A stretch of 64,000 nt of DNA from Lama guanicoe (taxonomy: Eukaryota). Positions 40,559 to 54,976 of the stretch are shown here, one piece after another. Both the position numbers and the translations under genes were made by a program. The DNA is taken from contig MU054187.1 in assembly GCA_013239625.1 (NCBI GenBank), forward strand, positions 16,074,941 to 16,138,940, given 5' to 3'. Position 1 is the first letter of the stretch, and each line of letters opens with the position of its first letter. The notes beneath the pieces are model-generated. The model ran no database searches and was not told the origin of the DNA. It saw only the letters and a program-made list of their open reading frames with translations.

Positions 40559-43500
40559 GTATATTTTCTTTGTCTTTCAGATTAGGTAACTCTATTGTTC
40601 TTCTAATTCTCAGATTCTTCCTCTGTCCCCTTTCCTCTGCTTTTGAGTCCATCCACTGAGGTTTTATTTCAGATATTGTGTTTTTCAGTTTTAAAATGTC
40701 AATTTGTAGAAATTTGCTATTTTTCAAATTTATTTCAAACATCTTTGTAATTGTCTACTGAAGGGATTTTATGCTTTTAAATCTTTGTCAGGTAACTCTA
40801 ACATCTCTGTCATTTTGGTCTTGGCATCTACTGATTCCCTTTTTTCATTTAGTTTGAGATTTTCTTTGTTCTCACATGACAAATAATTTCATATTGAAAC
40901 CTGAACATTTAGGTATTATGTAAGGAGATCCTAGATCTTATTTAAACCAGTTTTGGGTGCCTTCCTCTGATACCTAAAAAGGGAAGAAGAGGGTGCAACC
41001 TCCCACTAGCAGGTGATGATGAATACAGTACACATCCCCCTTGTGGCCTCTTCTGAGACTCTAGAAATGGGTCAAAATTACTGCAGAGTAGGGGTGGGAG
41101 TTCATGTTCCCCACTAGACCTCCACTGGTCCCTCCTTGGATGGAAGATGTAGGAGTACTTTGTCCTTCTCACTTGACTTTCACTAACCTCTCTCCACTAG
41201 CCCTCAGGGGTGGTGTTGTGCCCTCATTACCACTAAACAATGTGAAATTTCTGATTTTTGACTAGTCCTCCTCTGATATTACCCCACTAAGGAGGGGGAA
41301 GTATACCTTATTACTGCTAGGTGATGGTGGAATTCCAGACTCCCCATATGGGAGCTGTTATCATCAAGAAATAAACAAATGAACATGAAGATGGAAAGAT
41401 CAAACACATTAAGTGCAGTAAACATGTCTGCTTCGATGAGCTTGTCAACATTGTCTGAATGATGAAGCACAGATACAGATATTTACCCAGAGGGCTTCCC
41501 TGCACCATTACATGTTCTGGGGGCTAGTCAGTCTCTAGGTTTCAAAATATTGACAACAACATTTCAACAACATTTTCTACAACTCAATGGCAGTGCAGAA
41601 TATCAGCTAGTTAAGGGATACAAAAATGACTATATCACCTTAACAGAATATTTTGACACATCAAAAAAGTTTAATTTAATTGCTTAAAGAGTTTTTTTCT
41701 ATAAGAGGACAAAATATTTTTGTCTTTACTTTTGTTTCAGAAATTATTTTTTTAATCTTCAAGAACCAACTGAGACAAGGGTTTAGGAAGTCATAAAAAC
41801 TCATCAAACATCATAGTTTTCATTGCAACCATATTGATACAGAAGGGTAGAAAGAATTCCCTTCATTGGAATAAAATATAAGGATGTTTATGTATAAAAT
41901 CTGGATTATCAAAGACCAGTTGACACTAACTGTTCTTCCTTATGTCTTACACCCATCTCAAAGACATACAGTTAAATACTAAAACAAAAACAAAACTTGA
42001 TTCTTTGAGAGTCCTGATAACAGAAGAGGCCTAGTGATTTTTCTCTACTAGAACACCATAGAGAACAGAAACAAAATAAGTGATTTCCTTGCAATATATT
42101 AATAAATGCTTATGGGATATGTAGGTTATCATGCTACTTCTCTTTCTTTGGGTCCTGTTAGTGTTTGATCTCAGTTAGGTACCTTCATGATTGTGTTGAA
42201 TGAAGTGTACTGTAGCACAATGTAGAGCTTTCACTTGTGGAAGCTATGGATTGAAAGCAGTTCATCTTCTACCTGTTTATTAAAGACTTAAACAGCACCA
42301 CACTCATTTTTCTCATATCCAAGCCGACATCAACTATCCAGTTTCTATAAAGATCCATATTCTTTGGATCCAAATTCTTTACGTTGGCAGAGAGTTCTGA
42401 AAATTTTTACATAGAATTTATTTACTTCAGTTGTGTTCTAATCTGTTGACTAACTATATATATTTGAAGCAAACTTTCTATATCTCTGAATTTTATGATT
42501 TTACAGCATAGGTAAAATCGCAGGAAAAAAATAAGGATTTATGTTCTTTGCTGAGATCTTGGTTTTCACTAATCCCTCTTACCCTCAAGTAGTAGTAAAA
42601 AAGTAAAAACAGATTTAGTGCCCTATTTCTATTGTTGATGAAATACTTCAATTCTTTGAACGCTATTTTTGAGAGACACATCTATTTATATGATGGCAAG
42701 GTTATACTGTTTGTAATTCTACATGGAATGTAAGTAATAGTTGATGGGAAATCTATGAAATATGCAAAGCAGTAGCACAATAAGCACAGTCAACAATATA
42801 GAATGAATTTTGGTATCTATATGAGATTGAGGTGGACCCCTCCAAGAGATGTTAGGGAGGGAGACTGGAGGGAATAAATTCTGACCTAATTTTTTTTCTT
42901 ACACAATTAATTATCATTCTACTGTTTAGAGAAAAAGTTAAAAAAAGAATCCAAAACCCACAAGCCTAATGCTGTAATTGTATGTCTAATGAATCATCAA
43001 TATTTACAGAGAACATCTTGCTAATAATACTGGTGAAGAATTAAATACATATTAAATGCATATGAACTGTAAACATGTATCATATGGGGCAAGCAAATAA
43101 CCATCAGAAGCATGTAGGAATCCTACATACAGAGTGAGAAATTTTCCTCCTTGGAGTCTACTAAAGGAAAATAGAGTTAGAAAATAAAATTAAGTAATTG
43201 TGCTGTGTTTAGGCTATGGGGAAGAAATAAATAAAAAGCTAATTGGACAGAAGAGTAGCAAGAAATCAAGGAAACCAGATTTCCTTGTTGCTTGGGGTGT
43301 TTTGCTTCAATAAATTAGAAAGGTGTAAATTACACTCCAAATTGAAATTCAATCTACTACCATAAATAGAAAACAGCAAGTATGTATATTCATCTTTGCA
43401 TTTTTATCCATGGCCCCCTTAGTTCTATGACAAAGGGACCACCTAATGTCAGAGCTCTTTCAAAAAAATCACTTCAGAAGCACATAGCTTTCAACAAAAT

Positions 43501-44079
43501 GAGCGTGTGACAGAGATGGAGTCTTGATGATGTCTGTTTTAAAATTGCTGTTTAAAAGAAGGGTTAGAAAAAGTGAGACTTGTTCAAGGACATGGGAGAG
43601 AGTTAAGAAGCCAGCTAGAATCAATTGTAGGCAAGTTGCTAAGGAGTGGGTAACTTATAGATTAGACAGGAGTAGAAAAAATTGGTAAATACTGGAGCAT
43701 AATTACATCAGTAGTGATAGTACACTGCATCCCAAACCAAATTTTTTTATATATGTTTTTTAGTATGATTCCAAAAATTCTCCAAAATCTCAAACTGTCC
43801 CCAAACTTAAAACCAAAAACTTGGTCTAAGTGGCAAAGATCACTTTTAGCTTAAATGTTCTCTGATTTAAATATATACATGAAGTGAAGTTTAGTAAAAG
43901 AACTTAAAAGAAAGTAATTTAAAGCATGTAGTGAATTTAAGGAATTGGCTTGGTTATCTTCATTTAACAAGTTATCAAATTTTCATTTTCATTCTTAGTC
44001 TATAAGCTGATGAATTTTAAAAATAAAAACCATCAAAGAATCTCATGAAGATATGTTCAAAATCATTATAAATTTCTAT

Positions 44080-44760
44080 GATTATGCAAATTGAAATAAC
44101 AACATGTTTTTCTACATCAATTGACTGAAAAATTGGCTAACACCAAATATTGGTGGAGAGGTAGAAAGTAAGGAACCCTCTGGAGGTGCTGATGAGAGCA
44201 GACACCAGTACTGTCAGCCTATGGAACATGCTGGTAATGCAAATTAAGCATTACCATCCCTGTGAGCAGTGGAGCAACTCTACTCACAATATTCATATCC
44301 CAGAGAAATGCAGCGCAAGCCCAGATCGTGTACAAGATATTCATGAAAATGTCATTTGTAGTGGCAAATTGAGAAGCAATCTCTGTGTCTCTCAGCATAA
44401 GAATAAGTAAAATGTCATGGATACACACTGTTGATCAAGGCAATGGTGACTATATACAACAGAGGGAAATCTTTAAAAATGTACTGTGTCATGAAAAAGG
44501 TAAGAAACATTGTCACATTACATGAAACCATTAGACAAATTAAAAATATATGCAAAGAAAACAACAGGAAATCTTATTGTTAGGATGCAAACATGAAACA
44601 TACACACTAAGCACCATAAAATGGTTTTCTTTTGTGACAGGAGGAGAAAGGGATTGAGGTATGGTGGTAAAATAGAATAAATAAACTTCAACAATAATAA
44701 ATAAACAAGTAAATAATAGATAAAGTGGAACAATACAGATACTGTTCCATAATCTGAGAA
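44080..44760 (+). mobile_element. Old L1ME-type 3' region
   Basis: gctaacaccaaatattggtggagaggtagaaagtaaggaaccctc...agcaactctactc...atcccagagaaat. Confidence 0.6.
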
Positions 44761-44914
44761 ATGCAATGAACAAATCCTCTATATTTGAGGTCTAGAAGAA
44801 GTAAAAATAAAGAAAATTGAATAAATATGTTATTCAAGATGAAATAAATAGCAAAAAATTACACATAAAAATGAAACAAAAAGAAAATTTCCATAAAATC
44901 TGTGCATATTGATC

Positions 44915-45120
44915 ACTGTATAATCACCATATGCCAGGCACATGCTCTTTACTTTTAACATATCATCTCTCTTAAGCCTCAGAGTAACTCCATAAAATGA
45001 ACTTTATATTCAGGGTAACTGACTCTTAAGAGTCTCATGATTTCCCAAAGGCAATCTTTTCTGAGAAACAAGATTCCAACTCCAGTATCTTTACACTGAA
45101 GTTCATCTGCTTAACCTTTA
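44915..45120 (-). mobile_element. MIR
   Basis: caccatatgccaggcac...tcatctctcttaagcctc...gatttcccaaagg...caagattccaactccag. Confidence 0.6.
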
Positions 45121-45212
45121 TAAAATATATACTCAAGCTTTTCAAAAGAGTAGTCCATATTTGTTATATTTTCTTCCTATTCGCTCCCCCCACCACCAGT
45201 TTGTTTAATTTC

Positions 45213-46096
<884 letters not shown>

Positions 46097-47119
46097 TCCT
46101 AGCACACTTATCTGTAGCAAATGATAAGGTAATTATAAAATTTATATTGAAAAGCAAAGAAAAATAGCCAAAATGATTTAAACAAAAATAACATATTTGG
46201 AGAACGTCTTGTACCTGATTTCAAGACTTACTGTGAAGCTACACTAATCAAGGAGGTGAATAGGAATTAATGGGACAAAATAGTGTGTCCAGAAATAGAG
46301 CCACACATGTGTGGTCAATTGATTTTCCATAAATGTGCTGAGTTAATTTAATGGAGAAAGAATAATCTTCCAAAAAACAGTTAAATAATGGGATATCCAC
46401 ATGAAAACAAAACAACCTCAAAGATACCACACACAAAAATAAACTTACAATTTATCACATACATGAAAGTGAAACTAAAGCTATGAAATTTCTAGAAGAA
46501 AACATAGAGGAATATCTACACAGCCTTGGTCTAGACAAAGGTTTCACAGGACACACAGATCACTAATCATGAAAGGAAGGAAAAGATAAATTAGACTATA
46601 AAATTTCAAAACTTCTGCTCTACATGAAAAAGTGCTAGGTGAGTGAAAAGGTAAGTCAAATACTAGGATAAATATTTACAGTATGTATGTCTGACAAAAA
46701 GGATTTGCATCTAGACTATATAAATAAATTTAAAATTCAAAAAATGAAAAACCCAATTAAAACGTGGACAAAAATATTTCAACAGACAAGTCACAAAAGA
46801 GTAGTTATGAAGGGTTACTAAGAGTTTGAAAAGATATGCAACATCATTGCAGGGAAATGCAGATTAAAATCACAGTAAGACACCACCAGACACCGACAGG
46901 ACTGACAACACTTGTCCATTAGGACATAGAGCAAATGAAACTCCTGTACCAAAGTTTTCAGAGCCCTTTTTTCATGAAAGTCCCGACGTGGAAGCAATAC
47001 AAATTCACATTCAGTCTATTATGAGGTAAAGTATTGACTGAGAAAGGGCATGACGGAATTTGAGGGGTACTGGAAATGTTTTGTATCTTGGTTTAAGGGG
47101 TTAATTGCTTGGTATGTAT

Positions 47120-47155
<36 letters not shown>

Positions 47156-47220
47156 CAAAACTCATCAAACTGCACACTTACTTTATGTAAATTATACCTC
47201 AATAGAATTGATTTTCAAAG
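46097..47220 (+). mobile_element. Old L1M ORF2 and 3' end, internally deleted
   Basis: tacctgatttcaagacttactgtgaagctac, tttctagaagaaaacatagagga, gggaaatgcagattaaaatcacagtaaga; ends tatgtaaattatacctcaata. Confidence 0.8.
47112..47154. repeat. (TG)n microsatellite
   Basis: Read directly. Confidence 0.95.
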
Positions 47221-48279
47221 TTGCAAAAAATGATTTGTGTGATATAATAACATAATAATCACAACTGATCTGACCATCAGGAACAATTTTTAAGAAGTTG
47301 AATAGAGGTTATGTAATAAAATGTCAGTCACAAACACTTTTTGAGAATTTAAGTGAAATACATTTGAACTCTAATTTTAAAGTGTTTAATTAAAAAGGGT
47401 AAATGGAGCAGTAATATTTACTGATTATATACTACCTAGTAAATTATTTTCACATTTTCCTTCATCAATCTTTCTCCCACTTTACACATGAAAAATTAAC
47501 AACTCAAAAAATTTGAGAAAATTGACCAAGATCCCCTTCTTCTAAACTGACAGAGCTAGTAATAAAATTGTCTATCTGATTTTACAAATTAATTCATTTT
47601 GTAACTCCATGCTGAATTCCTTTACAAAGACTTAGCATCTTTATGAATATTCTCCATAATATGAAATGATATTTTTGGGTTCCCAGGATTTCCATGAGAC
47701 ACTGGGCAGTAGCCACAGTTTTAGAAATATTTAAATAACAAAGTTTTTTTCTACTTTTCTTTGAAGTTGTTTTGTTTTTTTTCTGTTCTGCCCAGAATTT
47801 CTGAATTATCCTAAATTTCAACATTAAACCTCACTAATTTGGATCATAGAGGTAATGGTTTGGCAAAATGAGGGAAAAGTCCAAATCATAAGATATTCTT
47901 GAAGAAATAAAGCTTCACCACTTTCAGGTAGAGCGTAATTTGAACTGTCCTAATCAAGGCCACCTAATAGAAGGTCTGTGGTTGAACAGATTAGAATGAT
48001 TTCCAATTAACATACCAAAGCACTCTCCAAAATCCTGTTGATTGAAGGTTATACTGTGAATTCCTTTCATGTGAAAGACACTAAATGTTTTATTTAGTTT
48101 TTATCCCTAACTTGATAAAAAAAAAATTATACCTGATTCTTTTAGGAATCCGTGTATGGAGAATGAAAAAATAAAATAAAAATAAATGAACCTCTCCTAG
48201 AAATGCGTAAAAAAATGTCAAATCAGGAAAAGCAAAAAATAGAGAGGCTTAGCTGTAGCAAAAGTTGTTGTTGTTTTTC

Positions 48280-48840
48280 AATCAAAGGTAGTTATTAAGA
48301 TGTCTAAAATCCAGAGTGATGCCAAAAGGCAGGTTTGAAAGTTAGCCCCTTGGAGTTAAAAGAGAATTCATATGTATGACAAGTTCCAAGGATTCCTCCT
48401 GCAAAAGAAAATATTTGCAGTAGGGGACAGAGGAAAGCCTTTTTTATATTAATTTCTTGAGCTGCTTGTAGCCAGCACCATCCCCTCTGCTGTTCCCTGT
48501 CACTTTTGGAGGTCTTTGAGCCAAGCCCAAGCTGCACGCCTGTCCCAACAGTGGTGTTTTCTCTTCAAAGAGCCGTTGCTACAGTCTCTCAGTTCTGTGC
48601 AGGAACTGAAAAGCCTTTGAAATCGGTGCAGCCTCACTGCACAGCTAGTAATAAGCATTAGAGAAAAACACGCAGCTCATTTGTTTAAAAGTTCATTCGC
48701 TTCAGTGTGATTTAGACAGATGTGGGGTGGGTTTTGCTTAGTGCTGCTCAGCCCCATGGCAAAGTAGAGCAAGGTCTCCTTTCAAAGAGTTCCTTGGTCC
48801 CTGCCCATTGCTGAGCTTCTGCAACAATGGGGCTTTGAAA
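48280..48840. promoter_or_regulatory. Candidate Wnt-responsive enhancer (TCF/LEF cluster plus SOX site)
   Basis: CTTTGA[A/T] on either strand at 48281, 48564, 48615, 48781 and 48833; AACAATGG at 48823. Confidence 0.5.
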
Positions 48841-48842
48841 GG

Positions 48843-48903
48843 AGAAGAAAAAAAAAAAAAAAGAAAGAAAGAAAAGAAAAAGAAAGAGAAAAAGAGAAAG
48901 AGA
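48843..48903. repeat. A-rich / (GAAA)n low-complexity tract
   Basis: Read directly. Confidence 0.9.
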
Positions 48904-50057
48904 TGACACCAGTGGGAGAGGCTGACAGCTGAGTCCAAACTCAAACAGCCCTTCTAGTGTCCAGGACAGAGGTGCACATCTGAAGGTGGGCTGAGGTCTG
49001 GGTTCAGAACAGCCCAAAGAATTAATTTAAAAGAATTTCCCCGCCCCTTCCCTGTAAAAGCAGCAGCAGCAGCTCTGGTAAAATACTTCCCAGATCACAG
49101 GGCACTTAGCCATGTAGATTCTACCGCATTCCCAGAGAATGCTGTTTCTGGGAAATAAATCTGGGAAACTGGATTCTGGGTTATTTTCTACCAAATACAA
49201 ATAACAAATAAAAGCCATTGATGTTTTTCATTGAATAGGGGATTTAAACAATCAATACACATTACTAATGACAGTTTATTTCCTCCAGAAACAAGGCTCT
49301 TTGCAAAAAGGCGTGTGCTCATTAGTCACGATGCATGCAAAGTAACCGTCATTTTGAGATGTGGAACATGCATTGCAGTCAAGATATGTTTTTGCTAACC
49401 TACACAGACATACTGATAGCACTGAGGTATGATGCTAATTCCACAAGCAAACGAATCTATTGTTATGATCTTCCCGAAAGCTTAGAAACTGCTTTTATAT
49501 TTAAAACCTTATTTTGAGAGCTGTCAGGCTACAGATAATACAAATCCAGATGTTCAAGTCTGCCAGATACTTTTCCAGTAAATCTGAACCAGTACAAATG
49601 ATAAAATAAATGTCTATAGAATGTGTTTGATGTATTTAAAAGCACATTTCGGGGTCATCATTTTAGACCACACTAAATTTGTGTGCACAGTTAGAACAGT
49701 CATACAGTTTAGCCACTTGTAAGCTAAAATAAAGCTTCAAAGAAATAAGGAGGCTAGTTAGAAATGGGACTATGAGGAAACAATAATTTAATTAGAACTG
49801 AAATTGCCATATGCCTATAATTAGGCAGTTGTGTGATAATTTGTGACGAAGTCCATGAAAATTTATTCATCCACTGGAATGCTTGATAAACAGAATTTGA
49901 ACATATCTGAAAGAGTCAATGAAACAGAATTACGCTTTGTAGCATAAGAAGGCTGTGAGTATAGTGTAGAAGAGGACCAGACCTAGAGCTATGTAAACCT
50001 GAATTCAAATCCTATCCTCATGACCGACTATCTAAATACCTTGGGCAATAAGTCACC

Positions 50058-50432
50058 AGCAGCAGGATGGATTGCTCAGAAAACAGACTACGAGAAAGTC
50101 TAGCATCTAGGTGTGCCTTGGAACCAACACTTGTGGAAGAGAGGGAAGGGGAACCAGAGAGGGCAGAAGGGAGAAGTCCAGTTAAGATGCCCATCTGCCC
50201 AGATGAACACAGGTGGTCATATGGAGCTCAAAAGGCTCCTCAGTGATGGGCAGGTCTTGATACTCCTGTGTGCATCAGTAATTGGGTGAGGACCACTGAG
50301 GAAGGGGGCATAACCTTGCATGAGAAGCTCTCTGCAGCTGAAAAAGTCCTCGAGGGGCTCTCAGCTCAAGGCTGTCTTCCACCTGCACTCCCAAAAGTGC
50401 GGGATCTGAGCAGTGTGTGACAAGGTCCACCA
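50058..50432 (-). mobile_element. LTR16-type (ERVL) solo LTR inserted in a MIR (about 49950-50055 and 50435-50510)
   Basis: aacagactacgaga...tggaaccaacacttgtggaagagagggaagg...gggcagaagggagaag...catcagtaattggg matches recalled antisense LTR16. Flanks carry cctgaattcaaatcc..ccttgggcaa and aaatggagataatgatacctac. Confidence 0.75.
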
Positions 50433-51135
50433 GAATCACGGTTTTAAGCTGCAATCAATACCCTGTTAAATGGAGATAATGATACCTACAACACATAGGT
50501 TTGTCCTGTTGGGTGGTGCCTGATGGTTGCAACTACTATAGCTTTCAAAATGGGCATGATTTTTTTAAGTAGCAGACTACTTAAACAGACAATCAATTGT
50601 AGGAAAACATAGCAATTAAAGTAAAATTTTATTTACTAAAAAATATGTTGAAAGTATACCACAGGCATCTACTAAGTGGTAACTACTAATCTCTTTATTA
50701 CTAGTAAATATTACAAAAGAAAAAGCAGTAAGTGAGTAGCATCTCAGGACATTTAATGGGATTAGTTTCACTTTCCTATGAATAGGAAAAGTGCAGCTAA
50801 TTCCCAGCTCTCAGCAGTTTGTATATGTATGGTGATGCTTAATATGTTGTAATATTGTTTGATATCTTTAAAGTAGCTTTTTTGATGCTGTCAAATATTA
50901 CAGTATACACAGTGTAATAAATCAAATATATAATACTGTTATATTTTTCTGAAGCATTCCAATACTGTATGGTGCCTTCCCCAGACCAAGCCTTAATATA
51001 TTTTTTTCCCATCCATATTTCAGTAAACAGGGATATTTGCTATTCATTTAGCTCTAAGCTTATTCACTTTTTAATGGTACTGTTACTTCACGTATAGACT
51101 CTGCTTGTACATTTTTTGAGTATCGGATACAACAT

Positions 51136-51453
51136 TGCTATCGACTGAATGGGTTTGTCCCCTCAAAATTCATACATTGAACCAACCCCCAGTGTAATGA
51201 TATTTAGAGATGAGGTCTGTGGGAGGTGATTGTATCACTTATAAAAGAGAAGCCTCCCTCCCTCTTCCACTTCTCAAAGACGCAGTAAGAGGGCTGTCTA
51301 TGAACCAGGAAGCAGGCATTCACCAGACATCGAAGTTGCCGGTGCCTTGATCTTACACTTCCCACCCACCAGAACTGTGAGAAATATTTTTCTGTGCATA
51401 TGAGCTGCCCAGAATAAGACATTTTGTTATAGCAGCCCAAATGGACTATGACA
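51136..51453 (+). mobile_element. MLT1A-type solo LTR
   Basis: tgctatcgactgaatgggtttgtcccctcaaaattcata ... ttttgttatagcagcccaaatggactatgaca; degenerate 5-bp flanks aacat / agcac. Confidence 0.9.
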
Positions 51454-52429
51454 AGCACTGTGGAAGCAAAGTATGTGTAATGTATACCTTCCCTATCTTT
51501 ATTTTCTTGCTGAGTTTTAATATTAAAGCAAAGCTTATTAAGACAGAAATATCTATAGAAAACATATTACATATGTTCTTACCCAGTGCTTCAACAGCAC
51601 AGTATTTTAAATTCTGCGGGAGTTCTGAAATCTTTTAAGCCTCACTTTAGATTTTGAGCAATTATTACTTGGTTAAAAATATAAACCCACAAAACAAAAA
51701 CATGTCACAAGAAGGATTCTGTCTTTTTGCAGATTCAGAGCAAAGGACTAAAAGTTTGCCTTAGTCAGAACATATATTCCTTAGAACTTTAATGAGTTTG
51801 AAAAAAATATTGATTGTTCAATGAAGAGAGTGATCTTGCATATTGTCTTTCTTTATCAATAATTTAGCTTATTAATTTCAGGGAAAAGCAAAATTATCCC
51901 TGATATATGATAGCATATTTTTCATAGTCAAGTTTGTCACAAGATTCATCATATAGAATAAATTGTTGACAGTGATAAGATTCCCCTGCTTCTTTTCTCA
52001 TGAATATAGATATTGTAAGTATTAGGTAATGTATAAAAATTCCTCATTCTTTTGAATATTCATAGATGTTCAGATATATATTACAGTATTTTCAGTTGCT
52101 TTGCATGAAGTCTGTAACATTACTGTATGTTGACTAAACAATTTTATGCGTGAGGCAGGATAAAATAAAACTTTTTTCAGCTAGGACATTATTAAATTAA
52201 GTCTACATTATAATGATCAAAGCAGTTACTGTAATGAAAATGAACTTGTCTTGAACGTCATAGTTTAATAACAAAAACATTTTGGAGTCGGGGAAATGAT
52301 TTAACTTCAGTAAGGGAACAGAAGGAAACACAGATGATCTTAATGAGGATGAAAGGATGCTGAAAAAGCACACATTGAAAATAAAGGTGCACAGAAAGAA
52401 CTGTGTGTGATGAGTATGATGAGGTGGAT

Positions 52430-52690
52430 GGCGATCAGCAGTTTGTTCCTACAAACTCAAGTGCGGCACCTTCTCTGTGCCAGACCCTGCCCCACATGAC
52501 ATGGGCATTTGATGGATGCATTAGGATGACAGGTGGGGGAATTTTAATAGGGAAAGGAGCTCATCCTCTTTATAGGATAACAGACAAGAGGCTGAGAAAA
52601 CTTAGTGGTGTTTCTAAAGTAACAACTTACTTACCAGATTTGGGACCAAAATTCAATCATCTGACATCTAGTTTTATACTTATTTTCTTC
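52430..52690 (-). mobile_element. MIR
   Basis: tctgtgccagaccctg...ctcttttataggataacagacaagaggctgaga...ccagatttgggaccaaaattcaa. Confidence 0.55.
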
Positions 52691-52954
52691 ACCATTCTGG
52701 TTTCTATTATTATGGATAGTTTTAAAAATTAAATGCAACATTTCCTACATTGACTCTATGTAGGATATATTTGAAGAGGCTTTCTTGGAGCATGCTCATG
52801 TTAACTTAGATCTTAATTCAGCCAACCATTTTAATATGAGATTCAAAAAATAGTGAGATTGGCTTTGTGTTACAAAATATTTGAGAATGTTAACAAAATA
52901 ATACACAAAAAAAGTATTTGTAAGAATGAGGTTAGAATGACAGATCAATGAAGC

Positions 52955-53482
52955 TGTTTTAAAATGAAAGTTTTATTATTATTCAGGTATGGTGAGGCCA
53001 GCAGACCAGTAGATGACAAGCATTGAAAAGATAGTTTGTGCCTCACAGTTCCCAAGAGAAAGGGTCAGGCCATGCCATGCGGGGCCACATGGGGAAACAG
53101 CAGGGTCACGTAAGAGGCAAAAGGTGTGGAGGAACATCCTAGCAAGAGCCTTTACTGTGGATTCCTGGGAAGGCGTGGAGTAAGCAGGCTTGTGATTGGC
53201 TAGTTTGAGTAATTTCAGCCAGCTGCAGGATGCAGGAATTGTTCCCAGTTGTCTGGTGTCTAGCCTTGGGATAATTAGGGCAGGGAAACAGTGGCCCAAA
53301 GTGTAAGAGCCCAGTCGTAGAAGTTGGGTGGTGGTCTCTGAATTGGTTGGTTTGCTGGGAAAGGCATGCTCCCAGGCAAGTCATTTACTATCTCTAGGGA
53401 CTGACTAGTCATGGGAGGGGCAGTCCCTTCAGAGTCAGCAAGGCCCCAGATGTCAAAACATCAGAAGCACTTAGTCAACACA
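52955..53482 (-). mobile_element. MER74A-like (ERVL) solo LTR
   Basis: tgttttaaaatg..ttattattcaggtatggtgaggcca...gattggctagtttgagtaatttcag...gggaggggcagtccct...gtcagcaaggccccagatgtca, colinear with recalled antisense MER74A. Confidence 0.85.
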
Positions 53483-54256
53483 GGACCAGAATAGAAAGTC
53501 TATGAACAGAGCCAAAGTACCTGTGTATTTATTATAGGATTAAGACAGCATTTAAAACTGGCATCAATAGGACTTTGAAAAATGTGGGATTTACATTTTC
53601 ATGTAAATTTGTATTTACATATAGCATTCTAGCTACCAACAGGAAAAAAACACAACAGTAGGATCCTTATCTTACACCTTACACATAACTTATAGAGGGA
53701 TTTTTTTTTCTAATAAACTCTATAATGTATTAGAAAATATAATAGAATGATTTTAAAATATTGAATTGAGAAATAAATATGCATATTTTATTTTGGCAAT
53801 GTACTACCTTTAAATGTCATGGATTCAAATCTGTGTTCTTTTTCATTATAATTTCTGCATTTTTGGTCACTCCTAGAAAGTGTACTGTCATTTTTATATA
53901 TTGATATTTGTTTTTTGCATAACCAATATAAACATTCAATTAAAATTTCAAAAAAAAGATGGCTAATTTCTAAGATTTTTTTGTCCCTGTAAAATAAATA
54001 TTGTGTTGATGTGACAAATGACTATGGATAGCTAGTGTTCAGTTGCCAGTGTTTCGAATGTATGTGTTATTAGGCACTACTTTAATCTAGAAAATTGGTA
54101 TTTTTAAATTGTTCAGTATATAACCACTGTTATCTCATTTGTTTTAATCACAAAAATTAAAACAGATTTTAAGAAGCAGCACCAGTCTTTCAAGTGAACT
54201 ACCTAAGACTGACTCACAATACCTAGTATACTTGGTTTCTCCTAGCCGATCTTATG

Positions 54257-54330
54257 GACTCTGTTAACATTTTTACATTTTAAACACAATGATGACTCTG
54301 TTAATGTCTTTACATTTTAAATACAATGAC
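54257..54330. repeat. 37-bp tandem duplication (2 copies, 32/37 identical)
   Basis: gactctgttaacatttttacattttaaacacaatgat / gactctgttaatgtctttacattttaaatacaatgac. Confidence 0.9.
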
Positions 54331-54976
54331 GTCCTTAGATACTCTTTCTCTGGATCAGAGTCAGTTCTCACCCAAGAACACTGTGTTTGGCCTGGATTAA
54401 ATGGCAAGTAAGTGTGAATGTGAATTTCTCCATGCAGTAGCAAAATGCGTATTCAAGACAACTTTCCTTAAGTCTAGGAGAAAATGTAATGGTCTCCAAA
54501 ATTTCGACAAGAAGAGTTTGGATATTTTTTTCTGGAAGGTGTCCTTGTCAACTATAATTGATTTCTAAATACTACAGGATCAGGAGATATGTTGCCATGA
54601 TTACTCCATTAATTCAATATTACTTTGTCTCTCACCCACCAACTGTACAGTCTAGATTGCCTAGATCCAGGGGGTAAAAATACTCTCACAGGCTTAACTC
54701 TCTGAGATTTTCACCTAGTAATTTTCCCTCAAGGTGTCCAGTTGTGAATAAAATCCTCACATCTTTTAATTTGTCCCTGGGACCTTCAAGAACTTTCTGT
54801 AATCCTAGCAGAAACTGTAATATCTAAATAGATCTGTAGGGGTTCTGGTATAAAAAAGGTCTTAGACATTTGATAATAGTTCATCTCTTCCCTGCAACAA
54901 ACAGTATTTCCATAGGAATCTGCCCCCACATTTCTGGGGCATTTTCCTGGCCATTTTAAGATGTAAAATTTGGTTC

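Larger units (their letters stand above)
37550..41345 (-). mobile_element. Old L1M (ORF2 5' part, inter-ORF, ORF1, 5' region), split by a young L1 at 39047-40558
   Basis: Minus-strand remnant ...YIELNENENTIYQQLWDTDKAVLRGKFI... is an L1 ORF2 motif; ...LKLKNTISEIK..MD....E.. at 40530-40742 is ORF1 coiled-coil-like. Confidence 0.85.

Noticed and set aside
48738..49017. Phe-rich minus-strand ORFs
   Set aside because: Produced by the A-rich/(GAAA)n tract.
52403..53384. ORFs of 109, 106 and 81 aa
   Set aside because: They lie in a MIR and the MER74-like LTR; chance frames.
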